A DNA stretch of 63,996 bases, filler included, from an uncultured Methanosarcinales archaeon (GCA_964472345.1; 7 parts of 7 records of this genome joined end to end with filler, not necessarily neighbours in it); one strand, 5' to 3'; shown: positions 47,621-57,433, counted from the whole stretch's first letter. Numbers and translations: made by a program. The notes: a model not told the origin generated them from the letters alone.

Positions 47621-48346
47621 ATGAAAACGCTCCTCTTTGACAGCGGCCCGGTCATCTCGCTCACCACCAGCAACCTGCTCGACATCCTCGAGCCGCTGAA
47701 GCAGCGCTTCGACGGTGACTTCTTCATCACCCCCGCAGTGAAAAACGAGCTTGTTGAGCGCCCCCTGAAGATAAAAAAGTTTGAGCTTGAAGCGCTGCAG
47801 GTCAGCAAGATCATCCATGAGGGCGTCCTGGCCGTCGCGGACGTTGACGTCGCCCGGCGCAGCGCCATGCTCCTCAGGCTCGCCAACCGCTGCTACCAGA
47901 GCAAGGGCAAGGACCTTCACATCGTCCACGAGGCAGAAGTCGAGCTGCTCGCGGCAGCCTGCAAATTCCCCGAAAGCACCCTGGTGATCGACGAGCGCAC
48001 CATGCGGCTCCTTCTCGAAGATCCCGAGGGCCTGCGGCTCCTTCTCGAACAGCGCCTCCATACGGATGTGGCCCTGCACAAGGACGCGCTCGCGCAGCTG
48101 CAGCGGGAAGCAGGCACCGTGCGCATGATCCGCTCCGCTGAGCTCGCGGTCGTTGCTGTTTCCATCGGCGCACTGCAGGGGCTCGCGCCGCACGGGCGCT
48201 ACGGAGAGGAGCTGCTGCTCGACGCAGTCCTGTGGCGCCTCAAGAGCAACGGCTGCGGCATTTCCGGAGAGGAGATCGAGGAGGTCAAGGCGCTGATGCG
48301 CAAGCGGGCACCGCGGAGGCAGCCGCCGGCAGGCAAGCCGCAATGA
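47621..48346 (+). CDS. PIN-like domain protein
   Basis: LLFDSGPVISL, PAVKNEL, AEVE, LVIDER. Confidence 0.7.
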   Translation: MKTLLFDSGPVISLTTSNLLDILEPLKQRFDGDFFITPAVKNELVERPLKIKKFELEALQVSKIIHEGVLAVADVDVARRSAMLLRLANRCYQSKGKDLHIVHEAEVELLAAACKFPESTLVIDERTMRLLLEDPEGLRLLLEQRLHTDVALHKDALAQLQREAGTVRMIRSAELAVVAVSIGALQGLAPHGRYGEELLLDAVLWRLKSNGCGISGEEIEEVKALMRKRAPRRQPPAGKPQ

Positions 48347-48957
48347 AACTGACGCTGCACCCCGCCATCAGGCTCGGCACGCTGTCCACATCAAGGACCG
48401 AACTGATCGACATCACGAAAGGCTGGATCGGCATCAGCATCGCCTTCGCCATCGCGGAGAGCGCACGCTCGCGCACCCCATTCTTCAGCACCCGGTTCGC
48501 TGAAGCGATCCTGCTTGCCGCGATCACCGTCGGCATCGGCTTCCTCCTGCACGAGCTCGCGCACAAGGTGCTTGCGCAGCGCTATGGCTGCTTTGCTGAA
48601 TTTCGCGCGTATGACCAGATGATTGTGCTTGCCATCGCGCTCTCCTTCCTCGGAGTCATCATCGCAGCACCCGGCGCAGTGATGATTGCAGGCGACGTCA
48701 CCCGGCGCGAGAACGGGCTCATCGCGGCTGCCGGCTCATGGGTCAATATCGCGCTTGCGCTTCTCTTCCTCGCGGCAGGGATCCTCGCTCCGGCGCTCAG
48801 CTTCATCGCAGGCTACGGCTTCGCAATCAACAGCTGGCTTGCCCTGTTCAACATGATTCCCGTCTGGATCCTCGACGGCAGGAAAGTTTTCACCTGGAAC
48901 AAGGCTGTCTGGCTGATGACCATCCTGAGCGCTGCGGTGCTGGTCTTTGCATTCTGA
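48343..48957 (+). CDS. M50-family membrane zinc metalloprotease
   Basis: HELAH, APGAV, FNMIP..ILDG. Confidence 0.88.
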   Translation: MKLTLHPAIRLGTLSTSRTELIDITKGWIGISIAFAIAESARSRTPFFSTRFAEAILLAAITVGIGFLLHELAHKVLAQRYGCFAEFRAYDQMIVLAIALSFLGVIIAAPGAVMIAGDVTRRENGLIAAAGSWVNIALALLFLAAGILAPALSFIAGYGFAINSWLALFNMIPVWILDGRKVFTWNKAVWLMTILSAAVLVFAF

Positions 48958-48981
48958 GCGCAGCTGCGCGGGGTGAGCCTC

Positions 48982-49081
48982 NNNNNNNNNNNNNNNNNNN
49001 NNNNNNNNNNNNNNNNNNNNNNNNNTTAATTAATTAANNNNNNNNNNNNNNNNNNNNNNNNNNNNNNNNNNNNNNNNNNNN
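48982..49081. other. artificial contig linker
   Basis: N-run with TTAATTAATTAA. Confidence 0.98.
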
Positions 49082-49184
49082 TTTCATAACCCCAATAAAC
49101 TTATCGTAGGGAAATAGTTTCGGGATAACACAGTTTGGGATTTAAGCGGCAGACTTATAAAGTCAGTTTCGCTCCATTTCCTTT

Positions 49185-49610
49185 ATGAAAAAGCAGGGAC
49201 TCAGTCCGTTGGGGTTTATTGGCAGCGCCGTCCTCATTCTTGTCATGATAGTATTGATTTTAACAGTCTTCCCGCCGAAATTTTTTAAAGGTGCGCAGCA
49301 GATTGGAGACGCCGGCGGGGTGACTGCGAACCAGCTGACTGTGTGCAAGCAGAAGACGCAGCTGCAGGAAGCCATGGGCAACCGCGTGACGGGGGATGAC
49401 AAGGACAAAGACGTCGATAGGCTGCTCGATGAGTGCGATCCGTGCGTCTGCAAGGACGAGAAATGCGAGAACAATCTTGACAGCGACGAGCTTCCCGAGG
49501 GCTGCAGGGATGATGAAGATCCGAAGAAGTTCAGCGCGGCAAAGTGCCCACCGGAAAAGCTGAAGAAGACGGCGTTTGGGATGCAGTGCGTCGAGCCGAC
49601 TCTTTCCTGA
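49185..49610 (+). CDS. pilin-like secreted protein, Cys- and Asp-rich
   Basis: MKKQG plus hydrophobic helix; DKDKD..LLDECDPC and LDSDELPEGC (TSP3-like Ca-binding pattern). Confidence 0.7.
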   Translation: MKKQGLSPLGFIGSAVLILVMIVLILTVFPPKFFKGAQQIGDAGGVTANQLTVCKQKTQLQEAMGNRVTGDDKDKDVDRLLDECDPCVCKDEKCENNLDSDELPEGCRDDEDPKKFSAAKCPPEKLKKTAFGMQCVEPTLS

Positions 49611-49766
49611 AAAAGCAGTATCTCCGCGCTGTCGCTTCGCGTGCGGTGCAAACCCGCAACGGCAAGCGGTCCGCCCGGAGTCAGGGACTGTCGGCGGCTG
49701 TGCACATCCCGCACCAACCCCCAATAAACAACAAACTAAATAAATCCATCCCGCTTCCTGCAGGGC

Positions 49767-50648
49767 ATGCGAAAGAGGTGGGGGAAGCGCGGCGACGAGG
49801 AAATCTACTACGCCATCTATGCAGTCATCATGACGGCAATCGTGGTGGTTTCGCTCTTCAGCTTCAAGGACCGGTTCGAGCGCGCGCAGGTTCTTGACGA
49901 GCTGTTCCTGTCGCGCGATCTCGCGCTGGCGCTGGATGCGCTGTTCGCGTCGCCGGGCGCTGTCCAGCTTGCGTACGACCGCGCAGGCCTCAATGCGTTC
50001 TCGCAGCTTGACTACCGGTTTGATGGGGGGCGCGTCGCCATCGGGCGCTCGGAGCAGTATCCCTATGCGCGCGACCTTCGGTTTGCGCCGTACCGCACCG
50101 TTGCGCGTGATAAGCCGCCGGGCGACCTCGGCGCCATCTCAAAGCCCGCGGAGCTTTTCCTGAGCAACTCCGGCTGGGAGGTTTCCATCCTGCCGCAGCA
50201 GCCCGCCCGGCAGCAGGCGCTCTTCCGGTACCCTCTCGTGGATGGCAGTCAAACGCAGGACATTGTGGTTGCCTTTACCGATCCGCTCTCGGTGGGGGAG
50301 GATTCCATCCTTCGGATGTTTGCTGGTGCGCCTCCGGTGCTTGCGGGATTGCCCGACGCTGACATGCTCATCATTGTCCAGTTTACTGAAGCGAAGCAGG
50401 TGGAGGCGCTCATCCCTCCTGCCACCGCGGCGCGGAGCAGGAAGCTCGCGTCGCTGCTCGTGAACCGGATCATCGGCTCCGAGGACGTGCCTGCTGCCAT
50501 CAGGCTGTCGGATGATCCGCGGCTGGCGCGCGCTCGCGAAGCGGCGGTGCTCGTGCGGCTGCCTGTGACGGCGCTCGCGGCGCCCGTGCGTGACGGCGGG
50601 AGCGCAGCGGCGGTTTTTGAGGAGTACCACAGCGGAGGGTCCCCATGA
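49767..50648 (+). CDS. class III signal peptide (pilin-like) protein
   Basis: GKRG plus hydrophobic helix; SRDLALALD..FASPG. Confidence 0.7.
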   Translation: MRKRWGKRGDEEIYYAIYAVIMTAIVVVSLFSFKDRFERAQVLDELFLSRDLALALDALFASPGAVQLAYDRAGLNAFSQLDYRFDGGRVAIGRSEQYPYARDLRFAPYRTVARDKPPGDLGAISKPAELFLSNSGWEVSILPQQPARQQALFRYPLVDGSQTQDIVVAFTDPLSVGEDSILRMFAGAPPVLAGLPDADMLIIVQFTEAKQVEALIPPATAARSRKLASLLVNRIIGSEDVPAAIRLSDDPRLARAREAAVLVRLPVTALAAPVRDGGSAAAVFEEYHSGGSP

Positions 50649-51277
50649 GCATCGGAAAGAGGGGATCGACGGTGTTCAACATCCTGATTCATGTGCTTCG
50701 CACCATCATGCTCATCATCGTCTTTGTCGCGATCACGGCAACGGCGTTTTACATTCTTGGGGTGACGTTTGCGCCTGAGCGGCAGGAGCTGCAGCTGCTT
50801 GCCTACCGGCTGCTCTATGCGCCTGGCGGCCTGTCGCAGTACGATCCCCTGACGAACCGCGTCATGCCGGGTGTTCTCGACCTGCAGCAGATGGAGACCG
50901 GGCAGTGGGCTGCGGCCCTGGATTTCGCGAAACCGTACCTTGCGGCGCAGGTGACGCTCCGTGACGCTTCCCAGCAGGAGCTGTGGCGCGGACAGTATGA
51001 TCCGGATCATTACCGGCTCTGGGCCCCATTGCGCGGCATCAGCGGCAAGGGAAGCGTCGTTGAGCAGCGCGTGCGGCTGCCGGTGCTCATTGAGAAAGGG
51101 GCGCTCGATATCCTCGTCGCGGAGCGCGAGCGTCGTGCTGAGCAAGAGCGCCTGGGAGAGAAGCCTGCGTTCACGAAGCCATCGCTTGAGAAGCTGGAGG
51201 CTGCGCGTGCGGCTGCCGGAAGCAAGAGAGCACTTGTGCCCGCGTTCCTCGAAATCCACCTGGTGAAACAACGATGA
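50645..51277 (+). CDS. class III signal peptide (pilin-like) protein
   Basis: GKRG plus hydrophobic helix; overlapping stop/start coupling. Confidence 0.7.
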   Translation: MSIGKRGSTVFNILIHVLRTIMLIIVFVAITATAFYILGVTFAPERQELQLLAYRLLYAPGGLSQYDPLTNRVMPGVLDLQQMETGQWAAALDFAKPYLAAQVTLRDASQQELWRGQYDPDHYRLWAPLRGISGKGSVVEQRVRLPVLIEKGALDILVAERERRAEQERLGEKPAFTKPSLEKLEAARAAAGSKRALVPAFLEIHLVKQR

Positions 51278-52050
51278 TGCCACGCATCCTGCCCAGGCAC
51301 CGTCCCGTTAACGCACGGTGCCGCTCGCTCGGCCGAAATCCCAATGCCCTGCATTTTTGCTGCTCCGCCCTTTTGTCGCAGGGATTTCGGTTCCGGGGCC
51401 GTGCAAGCAGTTGCGCCCGCCTCGCCCGCAGGGGAAGGGCACCTGTTAACGGGACAGTGCCCCTCTCTTTGGGGAAGAAAGGGGCGTTCCTGCAGGTGCC
51501 GACCTCCCTCACGATACTCCTCTCCGTCGGCGTGCTTGTGCTCGTGTTCCTTGTCGTTTTTCTCCTCATCAGCCTCACGCGCGGGTCCGACCCGGATTCA
51601 ATAACCATCGGCAGCGATGGAGCAATCCTGGAGGAGCTGCGGAAGATGGACGCGGGGTACATGCTTCCATTGTTTTTGCGCGCGCAGGCCGAGGTTGATA
51701 CCCATAATGTAACGACGGCTGAGCTGCTTTCGCTCGTCGATCAGGAGGTCCAAGAGGGGCAGACCTGCTTTGGTACGGCGCAGAGCATGCCATTGCGAAT
51801 CGGATCCGACTACTGCAGGCGCCTTGCGCAGCATGCGGAGCAATTCTTCAATGCCTCGGGCATTGCGCCGGATACGTGGCGCCTCTGCGCGGCATTTCGC
51901 GGCGATGACTGCTCTTCTCCAACGGATGCGCTTACCGTTGGAGGCGGCGACTTTCGCTGGGATTATGCAACTGCGGGGCTTCTCGTTCCGCTGCCCGGTT
52001 CGGAGGAGCCGGCGCTGGTCATGCTTGGTCTCGACTGGAGGGAGCGATGA
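51274..52050 (+). CDS. class III signal peptide (pilin-like) protein with an in-frame MITE in its leader
   Basis: GKKG plus hydrophobic helix after a 58-codon MITE-derived insert. Confidence 0.7.
   Translation: MMPRILPRHRPVNARCRSLGRNPNALHFCCSALLSQGFRFRGRASSCARLARRGRAPVNGTVPLSLGKKGAFLQVPTSLTILLSVGVLVLVFLVVFLLISLTRGSDPDSITIGSDGAILEELRKMDAGYMLPLFLRAQAEVDTHNVTTAELLSLVDQEVQEGQTCFGTAQSMPLRIGSDYCRRLAQHAEQFFNASGIAPDTWRLCAAFRGDDCSSPTDALTVGGGDFRWDYATAGLLVPLPGSEEPALVMLGLDWRER
51296..51461. mobile_element. MITE inserted in frame
   Basis: 17-bp TIR GGCACYGTCCCGTTAAC; interior homologous (inverted) to about 20311-20435. Confidence 0.8.
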
Positions 52051-53003
52051 AAAGCGCCCGCTCACGATCGGGAATCATCTTTGAGTTCGCGCTGGTCGTG
52101 TTCACCTCGCTGGTGCTGCTGACGCTGCTCTATTTCCTGCTGACGGATCCGCTCGCGCAGCGGCGCACCGCGCTCGGAAAGGTCGGGTTGGGTCTGCAGG
52201 CGATTGAACTCTATCAGGTTTATCAGGATGCAGAGAACGCGGCGTTTTACGCTGAGATGGCTGCACAGGATGCCGCGCGCCGCGCGCTCTTTGATCTCGC
52301 GGCTGCCGGCGGAGCTTCCGGCGAGGAAGCAGCACCATGCGGGGCGCTGCGGGCAGGGGAGGCGACGTATGCGGCGTGGAACACGCAACCCCCGCTGCTG
52401 GACTGCACGCCACCTTACCGCGAGGCGTTCCTGGCACGCATGTCCCCGCTGTTTGACGGCACTTATGCGGCCTACCGTGCCAGAAGCGTCTCCCTTGCCG
52501 GCTCAAAGCGTTTGGGCTCAAAGCGTTTGAAACGGCTATCCGTTGGGCTGCCTTCCGACAACTACCATCTCCTGCTCCATGAGCAGTGGCTCATCGGCGA
52601 TGCGAAGAAGCCGCTGCATGTCACGCGAAAGAACATTGACTATATCCTCTGGCCGTCGTTCCGCATCCTGCTGCCGCCGTCGCTTGATGAGTACACGCAT
52701 CTGACTGCCGGAGCGCGGAAACTGCTCGATGCGTGCAGCGGGCTCGCGGGCGATGCGCAGGAACTGTGCGTGACGGAGACGGTGCAAGCGCTCAGCACGC
52801 CCGGCGGCGAAGGGCGGAAATGGCATTTCGAGGAGTGCCGTGCGCGCGCGGCGCATCCCGATGCTGCTCCAGGTGATTCTCCTATTCGTGCGCCGCGCGC
52901 GTATTGCTTCTCTGTCGAAAGCGAGCGGGAGCTCTTCTCTGCAGCGTCAGGTGCAGCGGGGTTTGCGCGGCCCGTCTACCGGTTTGCGCTTCTCTTCGGA
53001 TAA
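52047..53003 (+). CDS. membrane-anchored secreted (pilin-like) protein
   Basis: RSRSG plus hydrophobic helix; Cys pairs; 15-bp tandem duplication at 52500-52529. Confidence 0.65.
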   Translation: MKSARSRSGIIFEFALVVFTSLVLLTLLYFLLTDPLAQRRTALGKVGLGLQAIELYQVYQDAENAAFYAEMAAQDAARRALFDLAAAGGASGEEAAPCGALRAGEATYAAWNTQPPLLDCTPPYREAFLARMSPLFDGTYAAYRARSVSLAGSKRLGSKRLKRLSVGLPSDNYHLLLHEQWLIGDAKKPLHVTRKNIDYILWPSFRILLPPSLDEYTHLTAGARKLLDACSGLAGDAQELCVTETVQALSTPGGEGRKWHFEECRARAAHPDAAPGDSPIRAPRAYCFSVESERELFSAASGAAGFARPVYRFALLFG

Positions 53004-53314
53004 AACCCCGCGCTCCCGGGCATTGAGAGCTGAACGGCGGCAGACGTAACCGCTCGCGCGCTTCAACCTGCGCCGGAAAATGACTCTCATGCGACGCGAG
53101 CGGGGCCTTGGGCTGCGGTGCACTGAAAACCGAGCGGCGGCGAGCGTTCTCCATCGCGCCTCCGCCTGCGGCTCCGGCGCTGCCTGGGTGCGGCACCGTC
53201 CCGGAGCTTGTGGCGGCTCTTCCTCATGCTCTTTGAATAATGTTTTGAACATTGCGTTTTGACCACCAAAAATTATTTAAACTATCGGCCGCAGTTCTGT
53301 TGCGGGTGATTGAG

Positions 53315-54319
53315 ATGCTGATGCTTCCTCTTGAACAGGTCAAAGAGCACATTCTTCAGAAAGGCAGCATTTCGGCTGAGGAGCTCGAGCAGCGCATCAG
53401 GAAGAAGATGCAGGAGCTTGCGGGCCTGATTTCCGAGGAAGGCGCGGCGCACATCGTCGCGAATGAGCTGGGCGTGCAGCTGCTCTCGGCGAGCATGTCG
53501 CTGAAGGTCGCGCATCTCAAGCCGGGGCTGCGGAATGTCGACCTTGTCGGCAAGGTGCTGCGGAAGTTCGAGCTGCGCGAGTTCCAGACGGCGCGCGGCC
53601 CGGGCAAGGTGGCCAGCTTCGTCCTCGGCGACGAGACGGGGACGGTGCGCGCGGTGCTCTGGAACAAGCAGGCGGAGCAGCTCGCGAAGCTGAACGAAGG
53701 GGATGTCACGAAAATCCATTCCGCCTACGCGCGCGACAACCAGGGGCGGCTGGAGCTGCACCTCAACGACCGCAGCGAGCTGCTGGTCAATCCCGAGGGC
53801 GAGAAGGTCGATGCGGTCGCCGCATTCACTGAGCCACTGCGGGCTGCAGCAGTGCGGAAACAGCTTGCGGAGCTGCGCGAGGGCGACGAGAATGTCGAGA
53901 TCCTGGTGACCATCGTCGATGTGTTCGATCCGCACTACTTCAGCGTGTGCCCGAGCTGCGCCAAGCGCGTGATGGAAAGCGGAGGAAGCACGCAGTGCGC
54001 GCAGCACGGTGCCGTACAGCCCGCGGTGTCCTACGTCGTGAATGCGGTCGGCGATGACGGCAGCGGCACGATGCGCATCACGCTGTGGAAGAACCAGGCG
54101 GAGCGGCTGCTGCGGCTGCCGCAGGATGCGATGCTGCGCTTCCGCGACTCTCCGGAGCAGTTCCAGGACGTGAAGCACGGGCTGCTGGGCGAGACGGTGA
54201 AGCTTACCGGCCGCGTGCGCAACAATGCGATGTTCGGCCGCCTTGAGTTCACCGCGCAGCTTGTCATTCTTGATCCGGATCCGAAGGAAGAGCTGAAGCG
54301 GCTAGAGGAAGCGGCGTAG
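53315..54319 (+). CDS. rpa: replication protein A (OB folds plus Zn finger)
   Basis: LISEEGAAHIVA, LGDETGTVRAVLW, CPSC...CAQH, DDGSG. Confidence 0.88.
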   Translation: MLMLPLEQVKEHILQKGSISAEELEQRIRKKMQELAGLISEEGAAHIVANELGVQLLSASMSLKVAHLKPGLRNVDLVGKVLRKFELREFQTARGPGKVASFVLGDETGTVRAVLWNKQAEQLAKLNEGDVTKIHSAYARDNQGRLELHLNDRSELLVNPEGEKVDAVAAFTEPLRAAAVRKQLAELREGDENVEILVTIVDVFDPHYFSVCPSCAKRVMESGGSTQCAQHGAVQPAVSYVVNAVGDDGSGTMRITLWKNQAERLLRLPQDAMLRFRDSPEQFQDVKHGLLGETVKLTGRVRNNAMFGRLEFTAQLVILDPDPKEELKRLEEAA

Positions 54320-54383
54320 CATAGCATTTTTTGGATACACCCACTTCATTTCTCCCCAAAATCAGCCGGCGAGGTGATAGGCA

Positions 54384-54848
54384 ATGATGGGGCACACGCA
54401 TCTGGCATTCGGGCTGCTTGCCGGGCTGCTTGCACTGCCGCTCGCTGAGCCGCGGAATGAGGTGCTGTTCGTCCTCCTGGCGGCGCTTGCGGGCCTGTTT
54501 CCGGACATTGACCATGAAAACTCGACGATCAACAGGCTGCTGCCCGTGACGCGGTGGTTCGCGAAGCTCTTCACGCACCGGGGCTTCTTTCACTCAATCT
54601 TTCCTGCGCTGCTGCTCTACGGGCTGTTCTGGTACCTGGCGCTGCCTGATGCCGGGCTGGCGCTTGCGCTCGGCTACCTGTCGCACCTGCTCTCCGACAG
54701 CGTGACCAAGATGGGCGTGAACCTGCTGCATCCGGTCGCGACGCTGCGCGTGCAGGGATTCATCACGACCGGCGGCGTGCTCGAACTGGCGGTGCTGGCG
54801 CTCATCGTGCTGGCGGCCGTGTGGAAGGTGTGGGTTCTGGCGGCTTAG
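54384..54848 (+). CDS. YdjM-like membrane metal-dependent hydrolase
   Basis: TH, PDID, HRGFFHS, GYLSHLLSD..T.MGV. Confidence 0.88.
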   Translation: MMGHTHLAFGLLAGLLALPLAEPRNEVLFVLLAALAGLFPDIDHENSTINRLLPVTRWFAKLFTHRGFFHSIFPALLLYGLFWYLALPDAGLALALGYLSHLLSDSVTKMGVNLLHPVATLRVQGFITTGGVLELAVLALIVLAAVWKVWVLAA

Positions 54849-55546
54849 AAGACGTCAGGTGCCGTCAGTCTCATCCGTTCTGCTGCGTTTCGCATTTTCT
54901 CCAGCGCCCGCGCTTTTCGTATACTTACTGTCCCCGGATCGATTTTAAGCATTTTCGCGATCTCGCCTCTTTCGTACCCCTGTCTTAGCAAGCCTATTAC
55001 CTCCATTTCTTTTTTGCTGAGCGTGCTGCTTAACGCTTCCACAAGTTCTGCGAGTTCGGTGTGGCTTGTTGCATCTCCGTTCACCGGCGCGATGCGCTCC
55101 CACTCCGTGCGGCTTCCGCCGTATTGGTCGGGGTGGTATGCATGCTCCCTTTTTTTTCCGTGCCGCAGCAGGTCAATGGCGTGGTGCTTCATTATGCTGT
55201 ACACATAGGTTATCAGCTTCGCTCTTTGATCAAATCCGTTTCGCGCTGTCATCCACTTCATGCAGAAATCACTCACAAGGTCACCGATCGTGTGGCCGTA
55301 CCGAGCTAGAACAGGGTATCTGCGCAAGACCCGTTCCGCTGCGCTTTCTGCGATCTGAAGAGCCTCTTCGAGAAGACTTCCTTCCGCTGTCAGGTTTCCC
55401 TGCGGTGCGGGAAGAATGCCGCCGGCAGCGTTGTTGTAGCCGGCCCTGTTTCCGCCCGCTTGTGCGCCGGGTGCGTATGCCCTGCTTTCTTCTGCGTACG
55501 CTGTTGCGGTCATAGCGGTTGCCCCGCGCAGCTCACCTGTAATCAC
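54845..55546 (-). CDS. ECF-type sigma-70-like factor
   Basis: Region 2-like DLVSD...FD..AKLITYVYSIMKHHAIDLLR; region 4 HTH LSKKEMEV...GYERGEIAKMLKIDPGTVSIRKARALEKMR; start may be 55513. Confidence 0.8.
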   Translation of the reverse strand: MITGELRGATAMTATAYAEESRAYAPGAQAGGNRAGYNNAAGGILPAPQGNLTAEGSLLEEALQIAESAAERVLRRYPVLARYGHTIGDLVSDFCMKWMTARNGFDQRAKLITYVYSIMKHHAIDLLRHGKKREHAYHPDQYGGSRTEWERIAPVNGDATSHTELAELVEALSSTLSKKEMEVIGLLRQGYERGEIAKMLKIDPGTVSIRKARALEKMRNAAERMRLTAPDVF

Positions 55547-55813
55547 TATTTAATGGTTTTGCCTGCGCTTCTTACACCTTGCGGCTTTCCTGCCCATTTT
55601 CCCCCGTGCGCTGCACTTGACAACTGCCCTGCGCGGCGATCCGCGGCTTTTACGGCTTTAAACACAAGAATCCTGCACTCGACACACTCGACAGGCGCCC
55701 GCGTGACGTATTTAAAGAAGCGCGCCATCGCCCTTTTCGTTGGCAAAGACCAACAACCTCACTCCCCTGTTAATGGGAGCTGAAACAAAAACCGAAAGGA
55801 AGAGGTAACCGAC

Positions 55814-56077
55814 ATGGCATCAGGAAACATACCTGAAAAGAAGTACCGGGCAGGCGCTGTCAGCGTCACCGTGTGGAAGAACAGCGGCACGAGCGCCGCA
55901 GGCGAGGCGTTTGAGTACCAGACCGTCTCGATCGAGCGTGGGTACAAGGACAAGACGGGTGCTTGGCAGAGCACGAATTCTCTGCGGGTGAATGATCTGC
56001 CCCGCGCGAGCATTGCGCTGCAGAAAGCGTACGAGTACATTGTCCTGAAGGAGCAACAGCTCTTCGCGAGCTCCTAA
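55814..56077 (+). CDS. small conserved-looking protein, putative nucleic-acid binding
   Basis: GAGGT RBS; PEKKYRAGAVSVTVWKN...RGYKDKTGAWQSTNSL; same strand, 23 nt before radA. Confidence 0.8.
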   Translation: MASGNIPEKKYRAGAVSVTVWKNSGTSAAGEAFEYQTVSIERGYKDKTGAWQSTNSLRVNDLPRASIALQKAYEYIVLKEQQLFASS

Positions 56078-56100
56078 ACACATATTAAGAGGTGAGTGAT

Positions 56101-57162
56101 ATGAAAACGAAAATTGTCCAATTGACGAACGGCCAGGTTGAGGCCGAGGAAGAGATGGTTGAAGAAAAGGCCGAGCCTGCCGGAAAGGGCGAGCTCGCCG
56201 GAGAGGGCCGCGTGAGCGAGCAGGCAGAGCCGCGCCTTGTCGACCTGCCGGGAGTGGGCGCTGCGACCGCGGAGAAGCTCGAAGCAGCTGGCTTTGCGGA
56301 CCTTATCAGCGTCGCGGTCGCGAGCCCGGGAGAGCTGGTCGAAGCAACCGGCGTGACGGAAGCGACGGCGCGCAAGATCATCCAGGCAGCCCGCGGAAGC
56401 CTGAAGATGGGCTTTGAGAGCGGCGAGGAGCTGCTGGCGCGCCGCGCGCGCGTCGAGCGGATCACCACCGGGAGCGCGTCGTTCGATGCGATGCTCGGCG
56501 GCGGGTTCGAGACGGGCGCGATCACGGAGTGCTTCGGAGAGTTCGGCTCAGGCAAGACCCAGCTTGGGCATCTGCTTGCAGTGAGCGTGCAGAAGCGCGA
56601 TCCGAGCGCTGTCGTCGTGTACATCGACACGGAGAACACGTTCCGGCCGGAGCGCATCGCGCAGTTTGCGAAGGGCGCGGGCCTCGAGCCGGAGCAGGCG
56701 CTGCGGAACATAAGGGTTGCGCGGGCATACAACTCCGACCACCAGATGCTGCTCTCGGAGAAGGTCGATGAGCTGATCACCAAGCAGGGGCTGAACGTGA
56801 AGCTTCTGGTCGTGGACAGCCTGACGGCGCATTTCCGCGCCGAGTTCCTCGGGCGCGGAACGCTTGCGGAGCGGCAGCAGAAGCTGAACAAGCACATGCA
56901 CCTGCTCCTGCGCGTGGCGGACAAGCACAACCTCTGCGTGTACGTGACGAACCAGGTCATGGCGAAGCCGGACGTGTTCTTCGGCGATCCGACGCAGGCC
57001 ATCGGAGGGCACATCGTGGCGCACGCGAGCACCTACCGCATCTACCTCAGGAAAGGCAAGAAAGGCAGCCGCGTGGCAAAGCTCGTCGACTCGCCGTCGC
57101 TGCCTGAAGGGGAAGCATGCTTCTTCGTGCGCGCCGAGGGCATCGAGGACTTTGCGGCGTAG
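56101..57162 (+). CDS. radA: DNA repair and recombination protein RadA
   Basis: HhH N-domain, [42 protein letters not shown]. Confidence 0.97.
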   Translation: MKTKIVQLTNGQVEAEEEMVEEKAEPAGKGELAGEGRVSEQAEPRLVDLPGVGAATAEKLEAAGFADLISVAVASPGELVEATGVTEATARKIIQAARGSLKMGFESGEELLARRARVERITTGSASFDAMLGGGFETGAITECFGEFGSGKTQLGHLLAVSVQKRDPSAVVVYIDTENTFRPERIAQFAKGAGLEPEQALRNIRVARAYNSDHQMLLSEKVDELITKQGLNVKLLVVDSLTAHFRAEFLGRGTLAERQQKLNKHMHLLLRVADKHNLCVYVTNQVMAKPDVFFGDPTQAIGGHIVAHASTYRIYLRKGKKGSRVAKLVDSPSLPEGEACFFVRAEGIEDFAA

Positions 57163-57242
57163 TTTCTTTCTTTTTTTCTTTTGTTCAACGGCTGCGTTTC
57201 ACAAAAACAAGCCGAATTCTGAAACGCGGCCTTTTTCAGCCT

Positions 57243-57349
57243 GCCCTACGGAAACCCTCCTGCTAAAGCCAGGCACTGCAAGCTCACTCGGGTGCAACTG
57301 AGCGCCTCGTTCGCACCGAGCAGGCAGTGCATCGGGCTTCTGCGGCGCC
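57243..57349. repeat. MITE-like repeat related to 10354-10463
   Basis: About 40-nt near-identical block; left boundary uncertain. Confidence 0.6.
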
Positions 57350-57433
57350 ATTCAACCGAAACTATTTAAATCACCCCCTCTTTTGGGCAGCTATTCCACG
57401 ATTCCCATTGTTTCGTGGAGGAGGAAATAACAT

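Noticed and set aside
52500..52529. 15-bp tandem repeat GGCTCAAAGCGTTTG
   Set aside because: Only two copies, a simple in-frame duplication; not a CRISPR or guide array
53006..53105. Long imperfect intergenic hairpin (similar ones at 38914-39001 and 13485-13574)
   Set aside because: No clear TIR/TSD or second copy identified; probably decayed repeats
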